From Camelus dromedarius (lineage: Eukaryota), in NCBI RefSeq assembly GCF_036321535.1, contig NC_087436.1, positions 122,824,001 through 122,888,000 on the forward strand: DNA of 64,000 bases, read 5' to 3'. The position numbers were made by a program, and so were the translations under genes. The notes beneath the pieces are model-generated. The model did no database searches, was not told the DNA's origin, and saw only the letters and a list, made by a program, of their open reading frames with translations. This document shows positions 36,250 to 50,450 of this stretch, one piece after another; position 1 is the first letter of the stretch; every line of letters starts with the position of its first letter.

Positions 36250-37480
36250 ATTTTTAAATTAAAAAAAATTGAAGTATAGTTGATTTACAATATTGTATTA
36301 GTTTCAAGTGTACAGCAAAGTGGTTCAGTCATGTAGATCCTTTCAGTCATTTCAGATCCTTTTCCATTATAGGTTATTACAAGATACAAGATACTGAATA
36401 TGGCTCCCTGTGCTATATAGTAAATCCTTGTTGTTTATCTATTTTATATATAGTAGTAGGTATCTGTTAATTCCATGTCCCTAATTTATCCCTTCCCCTT
36501 TGATGACCGTAAGTTTGTTTCCTATGTCTGTGAGTCTGTTTCTGTTTTGTAAATAACTTCATTTGTATCACTTTTTAGATTCTACATACAAATGATACCA
36601 TATAATATTTGTCTTTCTGTCTGAATTACTTCACTTAGTATGATAATCCCTAGGTCCATCCATGTTGTAAATCGCAAGATTTAATTCTTTTTATGGCTGA
36701 GTAATATTCCATTGTACGGATGTACCACAACTTCTTTATCCAGTCATCTGTTGATAGACACTTAGGTTGTTTCCATGTCTTGGCTGTTGTAAATATTGCC
36801 ACTATGAATACTGGAGTGGATGTATCTTTTTTAATTAGTTTTCTCCAGATATATGCCCAGGAGTGGGATTGCTGGATAATATTGTAAGTCTATTTTTAGC
36901 TTTTTAAGGAATCTCCATACTGCCCTCCATAGTGGCTGGACCAATTTACATTCCCACCCACAGTATAGAAGGCCCCCATTTATCCACACTCTCTCCAGCA
37001 TTATTGTTTATAGACTTTTTGATGATAGCTGTTTTATCATTGTAGCTTTGATTTACATTTCTCTAATAATTAGCTATGTTGAGCATCTTTTCATGTGCCT
37101 GTTGGTCATCTGTATGTCTTTTTTGGAGAAATGTCTATTTAGGTCTTCTGTCCATTTCTTCATTGTTTTGATTTGTTTGTTTGTTTTGTATTGAGTTGTA
37201 TGAGCTGTTTATTTTGGAAATTACGCCCTTGTCAGGCACATCGTTTGCAAATATTTTCTCCCATTTTGTAGGTTGTCTTCTCATTCTGTTTATGGTTTCC
37301 TTTGATTTGAAAAAGCTTATGTTTAATTAGGTCCCCTTTGTTTATTTTTGTTTTCCGTTCTTTTGCCTTGGGAGACCGATCTAAGAACACTGCTATGATT
37401 TGTGTCAGAGAATGTTTTGCTTGTGTCCTCTTCTGGAAGTTTTATGGTGTCATGTCTTATATTTAAGTCTTCATTTTTAG
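36250..37480 (-). mobile_element. LINE-1 3' end (ORF2 C-terminus and 3' UTR), antisense, in TMED11 intron 1
   Basis: 'gaagtatagttgatttacaatattgtattagtttcaagtgtacagcaaagt', 'ttcacttagtatgataat', 'atatgcccaggagtgggattgctgga'. Confidence 0.9.
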
Positions 37481-38779
37481 ATCATTGTTAAAATGAAACA
37501 AACAAATTAAAAATTTCATGGGGATCTGTGGGGACCTGAGACCGTGTCTGACATTCGAGTCCAGGAAGGGCACGTGGTAGCCGTGCCACCTGCTCGCAGC
37601 TCTGAGCCCCAGCAGAGTCCAGGGAAGCACACCCATCTAGGACATGAGTGACCTCACACCAGTCGTCAGATCCAGCTAACAGTGCGCTTTTGCTCATTGG
37701 GACTAAAAACAGCATGTGAAGAGTTTCAGGCGTTGGCCTCTCACTTTCCCCAGGTGGAGGCAGTCAGGGAGCCACAGAAGAGCACTGGCTGACAGCTTGG
37801 GGACTCTGAGCTCTGTACCCGTGTTCTGAGCTGGAGGCAGCTCCTTCCCTGGAGCACCTGGCACAGTCCTGACCTGCCGCATGCTTGTCAGCTCGGCCCT
37901 CTGGTGTCTGTCCTAAGCCACCAGAGAAGCAGGTGTGGCCCCCACTCTGGCTCAGACAGGAAACATCACGTGCGAAAGCCCTACAGCAATGGAGGGATAC
38001 TTCACCAAGGGCTTGCAGGTGCCGATGGCACACTGAGTTCTGCACTGAGCAGGCCACAAGTGCTCACTCGGGCTCTGTGCCCTAAGACAGGTGCACCCTT
38101 ACGTTCTGGGGGCAAGCACGTCGGGCTGCCTGTCTGCGCTCCAGGTCCCCGTGTCCCGCGGGCTGGTCCGTTCACTGGCCGCGAGCACATGGTTCCCCTG
38201 CCACCTGGTGGCAGCCGTGGGGCATGACACCTCCTCTGGGGGGCGGGTGGGCCTTGCTCAGCGCGGGAGCTTCGTGGCAAACCTCCCCCGCACTCGTGCA
38301 TCCAGAATCCCTTCATGAACACTTGCTGTGGGGCCCTCTCCCTCGTCCCCTTCATCCCCATCGCGCTGTGTCAGGAAGCCCAGGGCCAGGCCCCGGAGGC
38401 CCATGGAAGAGGCTCGCGGTGCGTCCCTGCACCCGCACCGCACCTTACAGAACCTGCTGGAACAGGAAGGCAGGTGCGGGAGGGTGATGAGCCCCGCGGG
38501 GCAGTGGCAGGCAGAGGACGGTAGGCCGCACGGGTCGGGGTACTTGCGGGGAAAAGCGGAGAGGTGAGTGTGTCCACAGGGGCAGGGCCAGTGCGTACAG
38601 GTGCGTGGTGCTGGTGTGGCCCAGCTGTCTCTTAGAGCTGGCCTGGCACCCAGCGGACACCCCCAGGTGCCATGTACCTGGAGAGCCCTCTGACTGCCCG
38701 GCTGTGCGCTCCTCTCCAGGAACACCCCGCTGCTTCAGCCAAGGTGCTGGATCAGGCTTAGGGCTTCGCTGCCTCACTG

Positions 38780-41700
38780 GGTGAATGTGCCACGCGGTCT
38801 CGAAAAGAAATGTTTTCTGCTGTTCAGGGGGAACATCCTGTAAAAGTCAAGTTGGCCCTGTTGGCTGGTGGCGGTCAGCTCTTACATGTCCAGTAGTCCT
38901 GTCCATTGCCTAGGAGTGTGGCCATCCCAGCTACAAGGGTGGATTCATCTGATTTCTCCTTTCAGCAGTTTTACTTCGCGTGTTTTGAGACTGCGGATGC
39001 ATTTACGATGGTTGTCTCCCCTTTATCACTAGGTAACACCCTCTCTTTGTCCTTGGTAATTTCCTTTGCTCTTAAGTCTACTTTGCCTGATACTTACAGA
39101 GCCACACAAGATTTCTTCTGATCATCAGAATGATTCATCTTTTTAACCCTTTTACTTTTAACCTAATCATAGCATTACAACCAAAGTGGTTTTCTTGAAG
39201 ACTGCATGATCGTTTGGGTCATTTTTAAAAATTCCGTTCTGACCACCTTTGTCTGGTCTCTGGACTGTTCACATGTAATGGAGTTCTTGGTGTATCAGGA
39301 TTTAGGTCTGCCGCTTTACGGCTTGCTTTCTTCTTGTTCCCTTTGGTTTTTGTTTCTGTTTTCTATTTTGTACCTTCCCGTGGGTCACCTGAACGTTTTA
39401 TAATACTCCATTTTGTTTTATCTATAGTATTTTTCACTGCATCTCTTTGTTTTTATTAGTGGTTGCTCTAGGGGTTACAATACACAGCAGGTACTTAACT
39501 TACCACAGTCTAGAAGGATCAATATTTTACCATTTCAAGAGGAATCAGAAACTTTATGGTCATGCCCTCTGTCCTCCCACCCTTTGTAATACAGTTTCTT
39601 AAATACTTCTACATACTTTGAGAACATCATCAGACAATGTTATATTTTTTGCTTTAGACGGTCAAACAACTTTTAAAAACACTTTTACTGTGGTGTAATT
39701 CCTGTACAGTAAACTACACATATTCCAAATGTACACTTTGATGAATTTTGATAGATGTATACACCCATCAAACCACCACCACAATCAAGACAGCTAACAT
39801 TTCCATCACTCCCCAACAGATGCAATTTTTGAATTCCCAATTTATCCCTTCCTTCCCCCTTTAACCCCTGGTAACCATAAGTTTGCTCTCTGTCTGTGAG
39901 TCTGTTTCTGTTTTGTTGATAAGTTCATTTGTGCCTTTTAGATTCCACATATAAGCGATATATGGTATTTTTCTTTCTCTTTCTGGCTTACTTAACTTAG
40001 AATGATGATCTCCAGGTCCATCCATGTTGCTGCAAAATGGCATTATTTTATCCATTTTATGGCTGAGTAGTATTTCATTGTATAAATACACCACACCTTC
40101 TTTATCCAGCCATCTGTTGATGGACATTTGGGTTGTTTCCATGTCTTGGCTATTGTAAATAGTGCTGCTGTGAATACTGGGGTGCATGCAAACAACTTTT
40201 TTTTAAAAAGCGGAAAGAGGACACTCTATTGTGGCTCCCCTCCAGCCATTCTCTCTTCATTCCTGATCTTCAGTTTCCTTGTCACCATTTTCTTTCTGTT
40301 TGAAGAACTTCCTTTAGCAATTATTTTAAAGCAGGTGTTCTGGTGAAAAACTCTTAGTTTTCCTTGACCTAAGAATGTTTTGCCTTCATTCTGAAGGGTA
40401 TTTTGGTGGATACAGAATTGTTTGACAATTCTTTTTCCTTCAGCACTTGAAAATGTGCCCCTTCTTTCTGGCCTCTACATTTCTCATGAGAAGTCTGCTG
40501 TCACTCAAATTGTTTTTCCCCATCAGTAATGCAGCATTCCTCTCTGGATTTTTAACATAATTGTTTTTGTCTTTGGTTTCGAGAAATTTGATCATGATGG
40601 ATCTGGTGATGGACTTGGGAGTTGAGCCTGTTTAGGGTTCACTCAGCTTCTTGAATCTGTAGGTTTACCTCTTTCCCCAAATTTGGGAAGTTTCTAGCCA
40701 TCATTTCTTTCAGTGTCTAGTCAGCCCTATAATCTTCCTCCTTTGCTCTGGGACTCGCAAGTTACAGACCTTTGATCACTGTCCTAGAGATTCATGAGGC
40801 TCTTCTTTCCATCTGTTTTCTCTCCATTGACCAGACTTGATTATTTCTATCCATCTAGTTCCAGGTTCACCGACTCTTTTCTCTGTCATCTCCATTCTTT
40901 TATTGAGTTCATTTGGTTGGTTTTCAACTTCAATTATTGTATGTTTCCTGGTTCTAATGTGTCCATTTTCTTTTAATATCTCTACTCTTTCTTTCTGAGA
41001 TTTCCCATTTTTCTAGTTATTTTGAGTGTTCAAACTTCTTGTTGATGCATTTTTATGTTGACTGCTTTAAAACTCTTAGGTGATTTCAGTGGCTGTCATT
41101 TTGGTGTTGGTGTCCATGAACTGTCTCTCTTCACTCACGGTTCTTGGTGTGGTGCATAACTTTGGAACGTATGCTGGACATTTTGAGTACTATGTTATAT
41201 AACTGGCTCCTATTCAAATGTTCTATTTCAGCAGGTAGTCAGCCCACTTAGATTCAGATCCCATGTCCTAATGTCCGTTTTCTGAGACTCTGCACTTCTA
41301 TCCTGATCTGCCCTGCGTGTGTGCTGCCTAGAGGCCAGTCTCAAACCTGGGTGTTCTCCACACTGTTGGTGGGTTCTCAAAGCTTCTGCTCTATTTGTTC
41401 TGGTTGGTCACATGCACAGGCCGCTCAGAGGTGTGCCCAGGACTCCCCATGCACAGATTTAAAGAGCGCTTTCTCCAGCTCCCTCCCTAGGTAATCCTGC
41501 CCCAACTCCACCTCTGTATTGTCCTTCGCCAAGTGCAGGATGGGGCTTCACCCCAGTCTTCACGTGGAGCAACCACTGGGGTGGGTACAGTCCCTTCATG
41601 CTGCTCACGTGGAGCAGGGCAGGAGTCGTCAGAGGGTCCTGCTGCAGGGCCTGCCCGTTCCAGTCCCTTCCCAAGAGAGCAGACTCTTCCTGAGCAGGTT

Positions 41701-41930
41701 TTCTTTCTCACCAACAACACAGTGTGTGGTTGCAGATTGCTCCAGCACCCAGGTCAGGTGCACAGGGGTGGGGGAACAAACAGGAGCTCACTGCTGGGTC
41801 GCCCTTTGAGTCATCTTCCCTTCCCTGCTTCTCAGTCCTCTGATGGTCGCCTTATACAGTTTGCCCAGAGTTTTCAGTTGTAATTAGCAGGGGAAATAGA
41901 GTGAAATGGACTTACTTCATCTTTTCCAGA
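38780..41930 (-). mobile_element. Composite of old antisense L1 fragments
   Basis: T-rich sequence with antisense L1 ORF1/ORF2 landmarks ('gcttcttgaatctgtagg', 'atttgggaagtttctagccatcatttctt'). Limits are approximate. Confidence 0.7.
39830..40190 (-). mobile_element. Younger L1 3' fragment nested in the older L1
   Basis: Closely similar by eye to 15490-15860 ('gtctgtgagtctgtttctgtttt', 'ttctttctctttctggcttactt'). Confidence 0.9.
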
Positions 41931-42204
41931 ATCATCATTGTTACCTTTTTGAAGACCCTCTTGAGATGGAGCATTCTAAGAAGTATAGAATATACACTAT
42001 ACACATAGTCAACAAACTTCTGGAGGGAACGAGGCCTGAACTGAAGTCACACCAACACACAGGCCAGGCTCAAGAGTGCCACAGCCTTCCCACCCAGGAA
42101 ATGCCCCCTTTCCAGGGCTGCCTGCACAGTCATGTCCAGGGTGAAGTTCTCGAGTCAGGTCCCCGTCTGGGACTTTTCCTCTTGCCTCCCAGGGAGTCAG
42201 GGTA

Positions 42205-43262
42205 GCTCTGGAGTGTAGTTCTGGGCTTCGGAATCAAACCACCTCGGCTCTAATTATGCCTCTGCAACTTCTATCTGTGACTTTCTCCAATGCTCGGGTT
42301 CCAACTTGTAAAACAGGGACAATACAGAACCCAACACTTTTTACATCTCCACGATTAGCACCTGGTCCAAGTCACCACAGTCATCCGGACTATGACAACA
42401 GCCTCCCCGCTTCCACTTTTGACCCTTCTTCATTCTTTACTCCACGTGATAAAAATCTTAAATGAAAGCCACATCATTTCCTCCATCCACCCACCTGCCT
42501 CCTCAAATCTTTACAATGGATTTGTAGACCCTCTGTGATCCGGCCCCGCTACCCCTTCAACCTCATCTCCCAGAATCTCTCCATGCTAACGTCACTCCAG
42601 CAGCTCTGCTATGCCCTGAACACCACAAGCATTGTCCGCTCCAGGACCTTTACACACACGCCTGCGTGGAGCGATCTTTCCCAGTGGAGGCAGCACTGTG
42701 AGGTGGTACAGAGGCAGTCACTGCCTAGGGTTGAAATCTTGACTGTACTACTTGCCAGGTACGTGACCTCGGGCAGATTACCTTATGCTTTGGTTTGTGT
42801 GACGATGTGTAAAGTCGTCATAAAAACAACACCTACCTACATGGCACTATTGTTATGAGAATTCAGATTCTAGGTGTAAATTTTTTAGAATGGTGTTTGG
42901 CACATAATTTGCACTTAATGGGATATACAGACAGATAAATACGGATGTAATATATATACATGTGATAAATATAAAATTACATACATTTTTTCACTCCCCT
43001 ATTCTTCTAGGTCTTTGCTCAAATGTCAGAAGCCATCCCAGACTCCCCCACGTAACACTCCCAAATCCTCCAGCACTGCCTGTCCCTGTTACTTGCTTTT
43101 TCTGACAGTGTATTTAACATCTTCAACATGTATTTACTCATTGTTTCTCCTTGGGAACAAGGACATCGTCTGTTTTGTTCACTCTGTCCTCAGCACCCCC
43201 AACACTGTAGCCCTTGTGAGGTGCTCATTACATACCTGTCAAATGAGGGGGTGTGTAAATGG
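42205..43262 (+). mobile_element. Interleaved MIR and L2 fragments
   Basis: MIR-like 'gtgacctcgggcagattacc...gttatgagaattcag'. L2-like 'ccaggacctttacacac' and 'gtctgttttgttcactctgtcctcagcacccccaacac'. Confidence 0.6.
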
Positions 43263-43271
43263 GTAAGAATA

Positions 43272-43483
43272 TAGTTGACCCTTGAACAACACGGGATTGA
43301 ATGGCACAGGTGCATCATACATGGATTGTTTCCATCGCACATAGTACCGGACCCATGATCCACAGCCTGTTGAATCTGGGATGTGGAACTGCGGACACAA
43401 TGGGCCAACTGTAAGTCATGTGTGGATTTCAAACTGCCTGGAGGGTTGACACCCTAACCCTACGTTTTGTAAGAGTCACTGTA
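43272..43483. mobile_element. Tigger2-derived MITE (MER8-like DNA transposon)
   Basis: Starts 'tagttgacccttgaacaacacggg' (Tigger2-type TIR). Ends with a degenerate inverse '...gttttgtaagagtcactgta'. Confidence 0.75.
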
Positions 43484-44156
43484 CTTCCTCAGAGCACAGG
43501 AAATGAGATGATGCAGGCTAAGTGCTGAGGACAGAACCTGGCATGTGGAACGTACTGTTAGCTATTTTTCAGCACTTTTCAATGAATGTTAGGTATTTTT
43601 TCATTCCCATTGTACATTTCAAGGGTACGAGGGGGAAGTTAAGCCACGTGGTGCTTATCACAGCCAAAATGGATAAAGTGGTTGACTCTTCCAGGGACCC
43701 AAACCTTAGCAGGAGCCTCTGGACACAGCAAGAGGAAGGATTCACTATGAACACAGGAGAACTGCTGGGGAGACGCTGGAAAAGGTCGCTTGGTCCTGAC
43801 CCACAGGGAGTTTACGTCTTAGGTGGAAAGCTTTCATTGGCTTATTTTTTTTTATCATTTTCAATAGTCCTCACAACTCTGACACTTAGGAAGGATACAT
43901 GTCAGACCCATTTTCCTAAATAGGATGCTGAGGCTTGGAGCAGTGAAGTAATTTGTAAAAAGAGTGAGAACTGGACCAAGAACTCTGTATTCTGGAATCT
44001 TCTTACTCTGTGACATGAGCTAATGACCAGGATACAAGCTGTTCAGACAAACAGTATTTTGTGACTTGGGTAATTTTTTAATGCGATTCATTCACCAGTG
44101 ATCACAGATACCTACTTCTTACATTTATTTTATAATGTCTTCTATTTTTGAAACAG

Positions 44157-44257
44157 GGACTTTCAAGACACAGCAGTGGGACACAGATCGGCATGACTTC
44201 CTTCAATCCGCCCCTGGTTTGGGGATGTTTGTGGCTGTTACAACTTACAATGATGAG
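44157..44257 (+). CDS. TMED11: TMED11 exon 2 (GOLD domain)
   Basis: ttttgaaacag|[35 protein letters not shown]. Donor gtaaaa. 101 nt, phase consistent with exons 1 and 3. Confidence 0.92.
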
Positions 44258-46329
44258 GTAAAACATTCTTCTATCTCTTGCTTCTGAAATTTTTCATTTC
44301 CTAACAATTCATATGTCACATATGCCCACAAACTTTGTAAATCTCTACAAAAGCACTCACCATCCAGCACCTCGTTTTTCACATGTGCAGCTCTGATTAA
44401 AGATTCTGCACCAAGAAACTGCCTGCCTTCCACAAACCCACAGTCTAGCTGAGGAGCAGAGATTCCTTACCAGCACCCAAGGCAGGCCTCATGCCCACCA
44501 CCTGAGGCTGGGCAGAGGGGGCGACAGGCTGGTGACCCCCAAGGCTCTGCAGGGCCATGGCCTTCCCAGAACATGAGGTCAGACGGTCCCCGTCCTGCTG
44601 GGCTTTCTGCAGGAACATGGCAGCCTCTGGTCTGTCTGCTCTCAGGACTCCTCCTCACGGAGGCAGCAGAGTAGAAGCGGCACCTGGGCAGAAGGACAGA
44701 GTGTGGACCCAGGAGTTGGGGCCACGTGCGAGTGCAGACCATCCTCCATAGCCACGCCATGAGCAGGGAGCTACCACCTTCTTCCTTAGTTTTCTCATCT
44801 GCATGATGGTCCTAGCAGACTTGGTTCCCACTGCACCAGCTCTAGGTCCTGTGAGCCGCTCCATCCAGTAACTCACACACAGTTTCAGGGAGTACTTCCC
44901 TCTGTACCTGCTGTCCCGAGGACATGCTCGGGGGCAGCAGAGCGGTGGCAGGGCCTCACAGAATGGAACAGCATCTCTCTCGCTGGCAAGGAGAGGGCAC
45001 TTGATGCAGACGGGCCCAGGTTTCAAGTCTCAGGACAACTGAGCTCAGCTAGACACTGTGACCCTCCCTCACGCAGGACCGGGAGCTCCGTTCCAACTAG
45101 ACGACCGGACACCTGATTCTTGCCTGTGTGGCAGTCTTCTCTTGGTCCACCTGGCACCTACATGACAGGAGGTCCACTGGGACCATTTCGCTAATTCCAG
45201 GCACCCGTTAGGACAGCCACCTTCTCCTCCTGATGTCCTCACCTCCTATGCTTCCTGCTGGGTTCCCCCAACACACAGCTCTCCTCTGTGCCTCCCCGGT
45301 CATCTTCCATGACCAAGCTGGAAACACATATTAAGCCGGAACCCAAATTTTACTTGGGCTCCCACTGTTGCAGAAAACCCTGTTCACTGTTTCAAAAAGG
45401 CAGAGGTGCTTTATTCTTAAAAAAAACACTGCTACCTAAAACAACACCCCCTTCCAGATGGGAGCAGAAACATTTCCATTCATTCTGAAAACATCCAGCA
45501 AACACTGGCCATGAGCCTCGGAGAGAGAGGAAATTCACCCCAAAAACGTGATTTTCAGGAAGTCTCTCTCTATTTGGAAGTAAGATGACAAGAGACAGCT
45601 CTAGTTTTAACGTTTCTTACAAGCTGAGGTCCCCCTGTGAGACCTGGGCAGCAGCCCCACAAGGACTGACTGTTCCTTGTTGAGTCAGTAGGTCTGGGGG
45701 CAGAGGGTACTGGCGGTTGCAAACTTGAATTTGTGCAGCCCACGGGATTGGCAGCCCAAGGGAATAACCTGGCTCGTAGGGTCGGCAGGGCAGACAATGA
45801 AAATATTCACGTACCATTCAAACCATGCATCTGAATTCCACTTTCCATCTTTCCGTGTCCAATACTCCTATTCCATCTTGTCGAAGAGAAAACCATGAGA
45901 GGCAGAATGACTTCCACAGGATCACATCATCAGCAAGTGGCAACACTGAGGTTTAAACTCAAGCAAGTCTTTTTCCAACACCCCAAACCAACAGGTATTC
46001 CAAACATGTTTGCTGACGTGACTCTCCACTAGAAGCAGACCACGTGGAACCCTGACATGACACTAAGGCTCAGAAACTGAATTTAATAGGTAATGAGGAG
46101 TCACTTGAGTATTTTTTCAAGGAAGAGGACTCTTATTTGTAAAAAAATTAGAAATCAACTGCAAAATCTGACTCTTGAACGCAGTTTTATTTAACAAAGT
46201 TTCCCTGTCAATGGTCGCTTAAGTGGGATAAAGTAGATGGCAAGACCTGTTAATTTCCCCAAATCAAAACTGAAAGACCTAAAAAAGGAGAATCTTTGTT
46301 GCATTTTTCTACGTGTAATACACACCTGT

Positions 46330-49300
46330 TTTAAAAATTATTTAACAGACTACACTTTAGAGCAGTTTTAGGTTCACAGACAATTCTGCAGCAACTACAA
46401 AGGTCCCGATGCCCTCTGGCCCCACACAAACACAGCCTCTCCCACTAGCAGCCAGAGAGCAGTGCGGCCATTACAGCTGGTGACCGACACTGACCCGTCA
46501 CAACCACACGAAGCCCACAGTCTACGTTAGGGTTCATTCCTGGTGGTGTACATTCTCATATTTGACAGATGTGCAATGTCATGTACCCACGTTATAGTAT
46601 CAACACAGAGTAGCTTCACTCCCAGAAAACTCCTCTGGAACCCATTTATTCACGCCCATGTATCCACTCCTCCCTACCCCTGGCAACCACTGACCCTTTT
46701 ACTTTCTCCACAGTTCTGCCATTCCCAGAATGTCATATAATTGGAACTATACAGTATGCAGCCTTTTCAGACTGGTTTCTTTCACTTAGGAATATGCACT
46801 TAAGTTTCCTCCATGTCTTTTCATGGCTTGATAGCTCATTTCGTTTTACTGTTGAATAATATTCCATTGTCAGGATGTATACCATGGTTTATTGATCCAT
46901 TCACATGCAGAAGGACATCTTGGTTGCTTCCAGATTTTGGCTATTATAAATAAAGCTGCTATGAACATCTATGTGTAGGTTTTCATGTGGACACAAGTTC
47001 CCAACTAATTTGGGTAAATAAATGACACGACTGTGGTATATTTATACAATGGAATACTACTCAGCCATAAAAAATAATAAAGTAATGCCATTTGCAGCAA
47101 CATGGATGTTCCTGGAGATTGTCATTCTAAGTGAAGTAAGCCAGAAAGAGAAAGAAGAAACACCATATGATTATCATTTATATGTAGAATCTAAAAAAAA
47201 AAAAAAAGACAAACGAACTTATTTATAAAACAGAAACAGACTCATAGACATAGAAAACAAACTTATGGCTACCAGGGGAGACGTGGGTAGGAAGGGATAA
47301 ATTGGGAGTTTGATACTGGCAGATACACAATACTATATATAAAATAGGTAAACAATAAGTTTATACTGTATAGCACAGGGAACCATATTTAGTTATCTTA
47401 CAGTAACTTATGGTGAAAAAGAGTATGGAAACAAATACATGTATGTTCCTATATCACTGAAGTATTGTGCTGTACACCAGAAATTGACACAACATTGCAA
47501 ACTGACTATACCTCAATAAAAATATATTGAAAACTAAAAATAAAATACATATATATTTGGAAAAAATGGCACAACTGCAGGACTGTATGGTAAAAGTACA
47601 CTTCGTTTTGAAAGAAGCCCCAGACTGTCTCCCCAAGGGACTGTACCACTTTGCATTCCCACCAGCAGTAAATGAGGGCTAATGTTCCACATCCTCACCA
47701 GCATTTAATGTTGTCAGTGTTCTGGATTTTGGTCATTCTAGTAGATGTATAGTGGTATCTCAGTGTTGTTTTTAATTTGCAATTCCCTAATGACATGTGA
47801 TGGGGAGCATCCTTCCACGTGCTTATCTGCCACGTCTTCATTGGCGAGGTGTCTGTTCAAATCTGTTACCCATTTTTAAATTGATTTGCTCATTTTCTCA
47901 TTGTCGTTTTCAGAATTCTTTGCATCTTTTGGATAACGGTGCTTTATCAGATATCTCCTTTACAAATAGTTTCTCCCAGTCTGCGGCTTGTCTCTTCACA
48001 CTCATGACAGAGAGACAGCTTTCTATTCTGCAGAGAAGTTTTTAATTTTAATGATGTTTAATGTTAAATGTTTAATGAAGTTTAATTTTAATGAAGTCCA
48101 GCTTCTCAATTCTTTCTTTCATGGCTCACACCTTTGGTGTTGTACCTAAAGTCATCACCAAACCCAAGGTTGTCTAGATTTTCTCCTATGTTGCCTTCTA
48201 ATATGTGGTCTACCTTCATGAGTGGTCCATGTGAGCTTGAGAAGAATGTACACTCTGCTTTGTGGGATGAAGCTGTCTACAGATAATTATACTGAGTTGG
48301 TTGATGGTGCTATCAAGTTCTACTGTGTCCTTGCTGATCTGCTGCTGGATCTGCCCACTTCTGGCAGAGGGTATCAAAGTCTCCAACTGTAACAGTGGAT
48401 TCTTCTGCTTGTCCTCGCAGTTCTTCCAGTTTTTGCTTCACGTATTTTGACACCGTTGTTAGATGTGTAGACGTTAAAGACTGTCTTCCTGGAGATCTGA
48501 CCTCTTTATTATTACATAACACTCCGTTATGTAATTATCCCTGATAATTTTCCTTGTTTTGAAGTCTACTCTGTCTGAAGTTAATATAAATATTCCAGCT
48601 TTCTTTTCATTAAGGTTGGCATATACATCTTTCTCCATTCCTTAACTTTTAATTCATACGTGTCTTTTTTTTTTTTTAAAGAGTTTCTTGCAGACAACAT
48701 ATACATAATTGGGTTTGGTTTCTTGATTCACTCTGATAACGTCTGTTTTGATTGGTGCATTTAGACCACTAACATTCCAAGTGACTATTGATATAGTTGG
48801 GTTAACATCTACCATGTTTGTTTCTGTTTTCTAGTTACCATCCTTGCTCTTTGTTCCTATTTTTGTTTTCCATTCTTTTTTTGTCTTTGGTGGTTTTAAT
48901 TATTTTATGTGATGCTATTGTATCTCTTTTCTTAGCTATCAACTATATTTCTTTCAACTTTTTTTTCCAGTGGTTGCCCTAGAGTTTGCAATATACACTT
49001 TGGACTAATCCAAGTTCACTTCTAGTAACACCCTATCACTACACAGGCAGTGCAAGTGCCTTATGATAACCAAGTAATCCTAATCCCTATCTCCCATCCT
49101 TTGCATCTTTGCTGTTAGTCATTTCATTTACATGCAAACTATAATCAATACATTGTTGCTGTTATTTTGAAAGACTTATCAGCTCAGTTACTAAGAAAAA
49201 TAAAAGTTTTAATTTTACCTTCACTTATTCCTTCTCTAATACTTTCCCAATATTCACATAGATCTGAGTTTCTGACCAATATCATTATCCTTCTCTCTGA

Positions 49301-50450
49301 AGAACTTTTAACATCCCTTGCAAGGCAGGTCTATCAGTGACAAATTCCCTCAACTTTTGTTTGAGAAAATCTTCATTCTTCTTTCATTTCTGAAGGAGAA
49401 TTTTGCAGGATACAGAATTCTAGGTTGGTGGGTTCTTTCTCTCAACACCTTAAATATTTCACTCTACTGTCTTCTTGCTTACATGTTGTCTGAGAAGTTG
49501 GATGTTAATTCTTATCTTTGCTCCCCTATAAATAAGGTGTTTTTCCCCTCTGGCTTCATTTCAAGATTTGTTTTTTATCTTTGACATCTGCAGTTTTAAA
49601 TACCATATGCCTAGGTGTAGCTTCATTGGCATTCATCCTGCTTGGTGTCCTCTAAGCCTCCCAGAGCTGTGGCTTGGAGTCTGACACTAATTTGAAGCTC
49701 TCAGTCATTACTGCTTTAAATGTTTTTTTCTGTCATTTTCTTTCTTCTCCTTCTGGTATTCCCATTACATGTATGTCACACATTGAACAGCTGTCCCATA
49801 GTCCTTGGATATTTTGTTCCTTCTCTTTCCCTGGTCTTTTTTCTCTTTACTTTGTAGTTTTGAAATTTTCTGCTGACATAACCTCAAGCTCAGAAATTCT
49901 TTCCTCAGCCCTGTCCAGTCTACTAATGAACCCAAAAGCACTCTTTGTTTCTGCTACAGTGGTTTTGATCTCTAGCATGTATTTTTTATTCTTCCACAGA
50001 ATTTTCATCTCTGCTCACATTATGCATTTGATCTTGCATGTTGTCTACTTTCTCCATTAGAGGCCACAGAATATTAATCATGCTTTTTCTAAATTCCTGG
50101 TCTGATCATTCCAACATCCTGCCATATCTGAATCTACTTCTGAGGCTTGTTCTGTCTTTTCAAATTGTGTTTTTTGCCTTTTAGTATGCCCTGTTATTTT
50201 TCTGTTGTTGCTGACAGTTGGACATGATGTGCTGGGTAAAAAGAACCCAGTGCTGGTAAGTTGTAATTCTCTGTATTGGCTTCTCTCTTCAATTCTGGGG
50301 GCAGCAGTTTGCCCCATGACCTCAATTCTGTAACAGATCTAAGAACTGATTTTCTTGTTATGAAGCTTTTTACTGTTAAGACACAGTGACAACTACCAAG
50401 TTCCTTATATGCTAGACTGAAAGTCCTATACCTGTTTTTCAAAATAACAG
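46330..50450 (-). mobile_element. Old antisense L1 (L1MC-like 3' end plus ORF2/ORF1 fragments) in TMED11 intron 2
   Basis: 3' end 'tttagagcagttttaggttcacaga', plus 'cagactggtttctttcacttag' and 'ttgcattcccaccagcagtaaatgag'. Interrupted at about 47020-47550. Confidence 0.8.
47022..47550 (+). mobile_element. Younger 5'-truncated L1 3' end, sense, nested in the older L1
   Basis: ORF 'WYIYTMEYYSAIKNNKVMPFAATWMFLEIVILSEVSQKEK' is the ORF2 C-terminus. The 3' UTR matches the 15.3-kb copy and ends 'cctcaataaaaat' with an A-rich tail. Confidence 0.92.
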
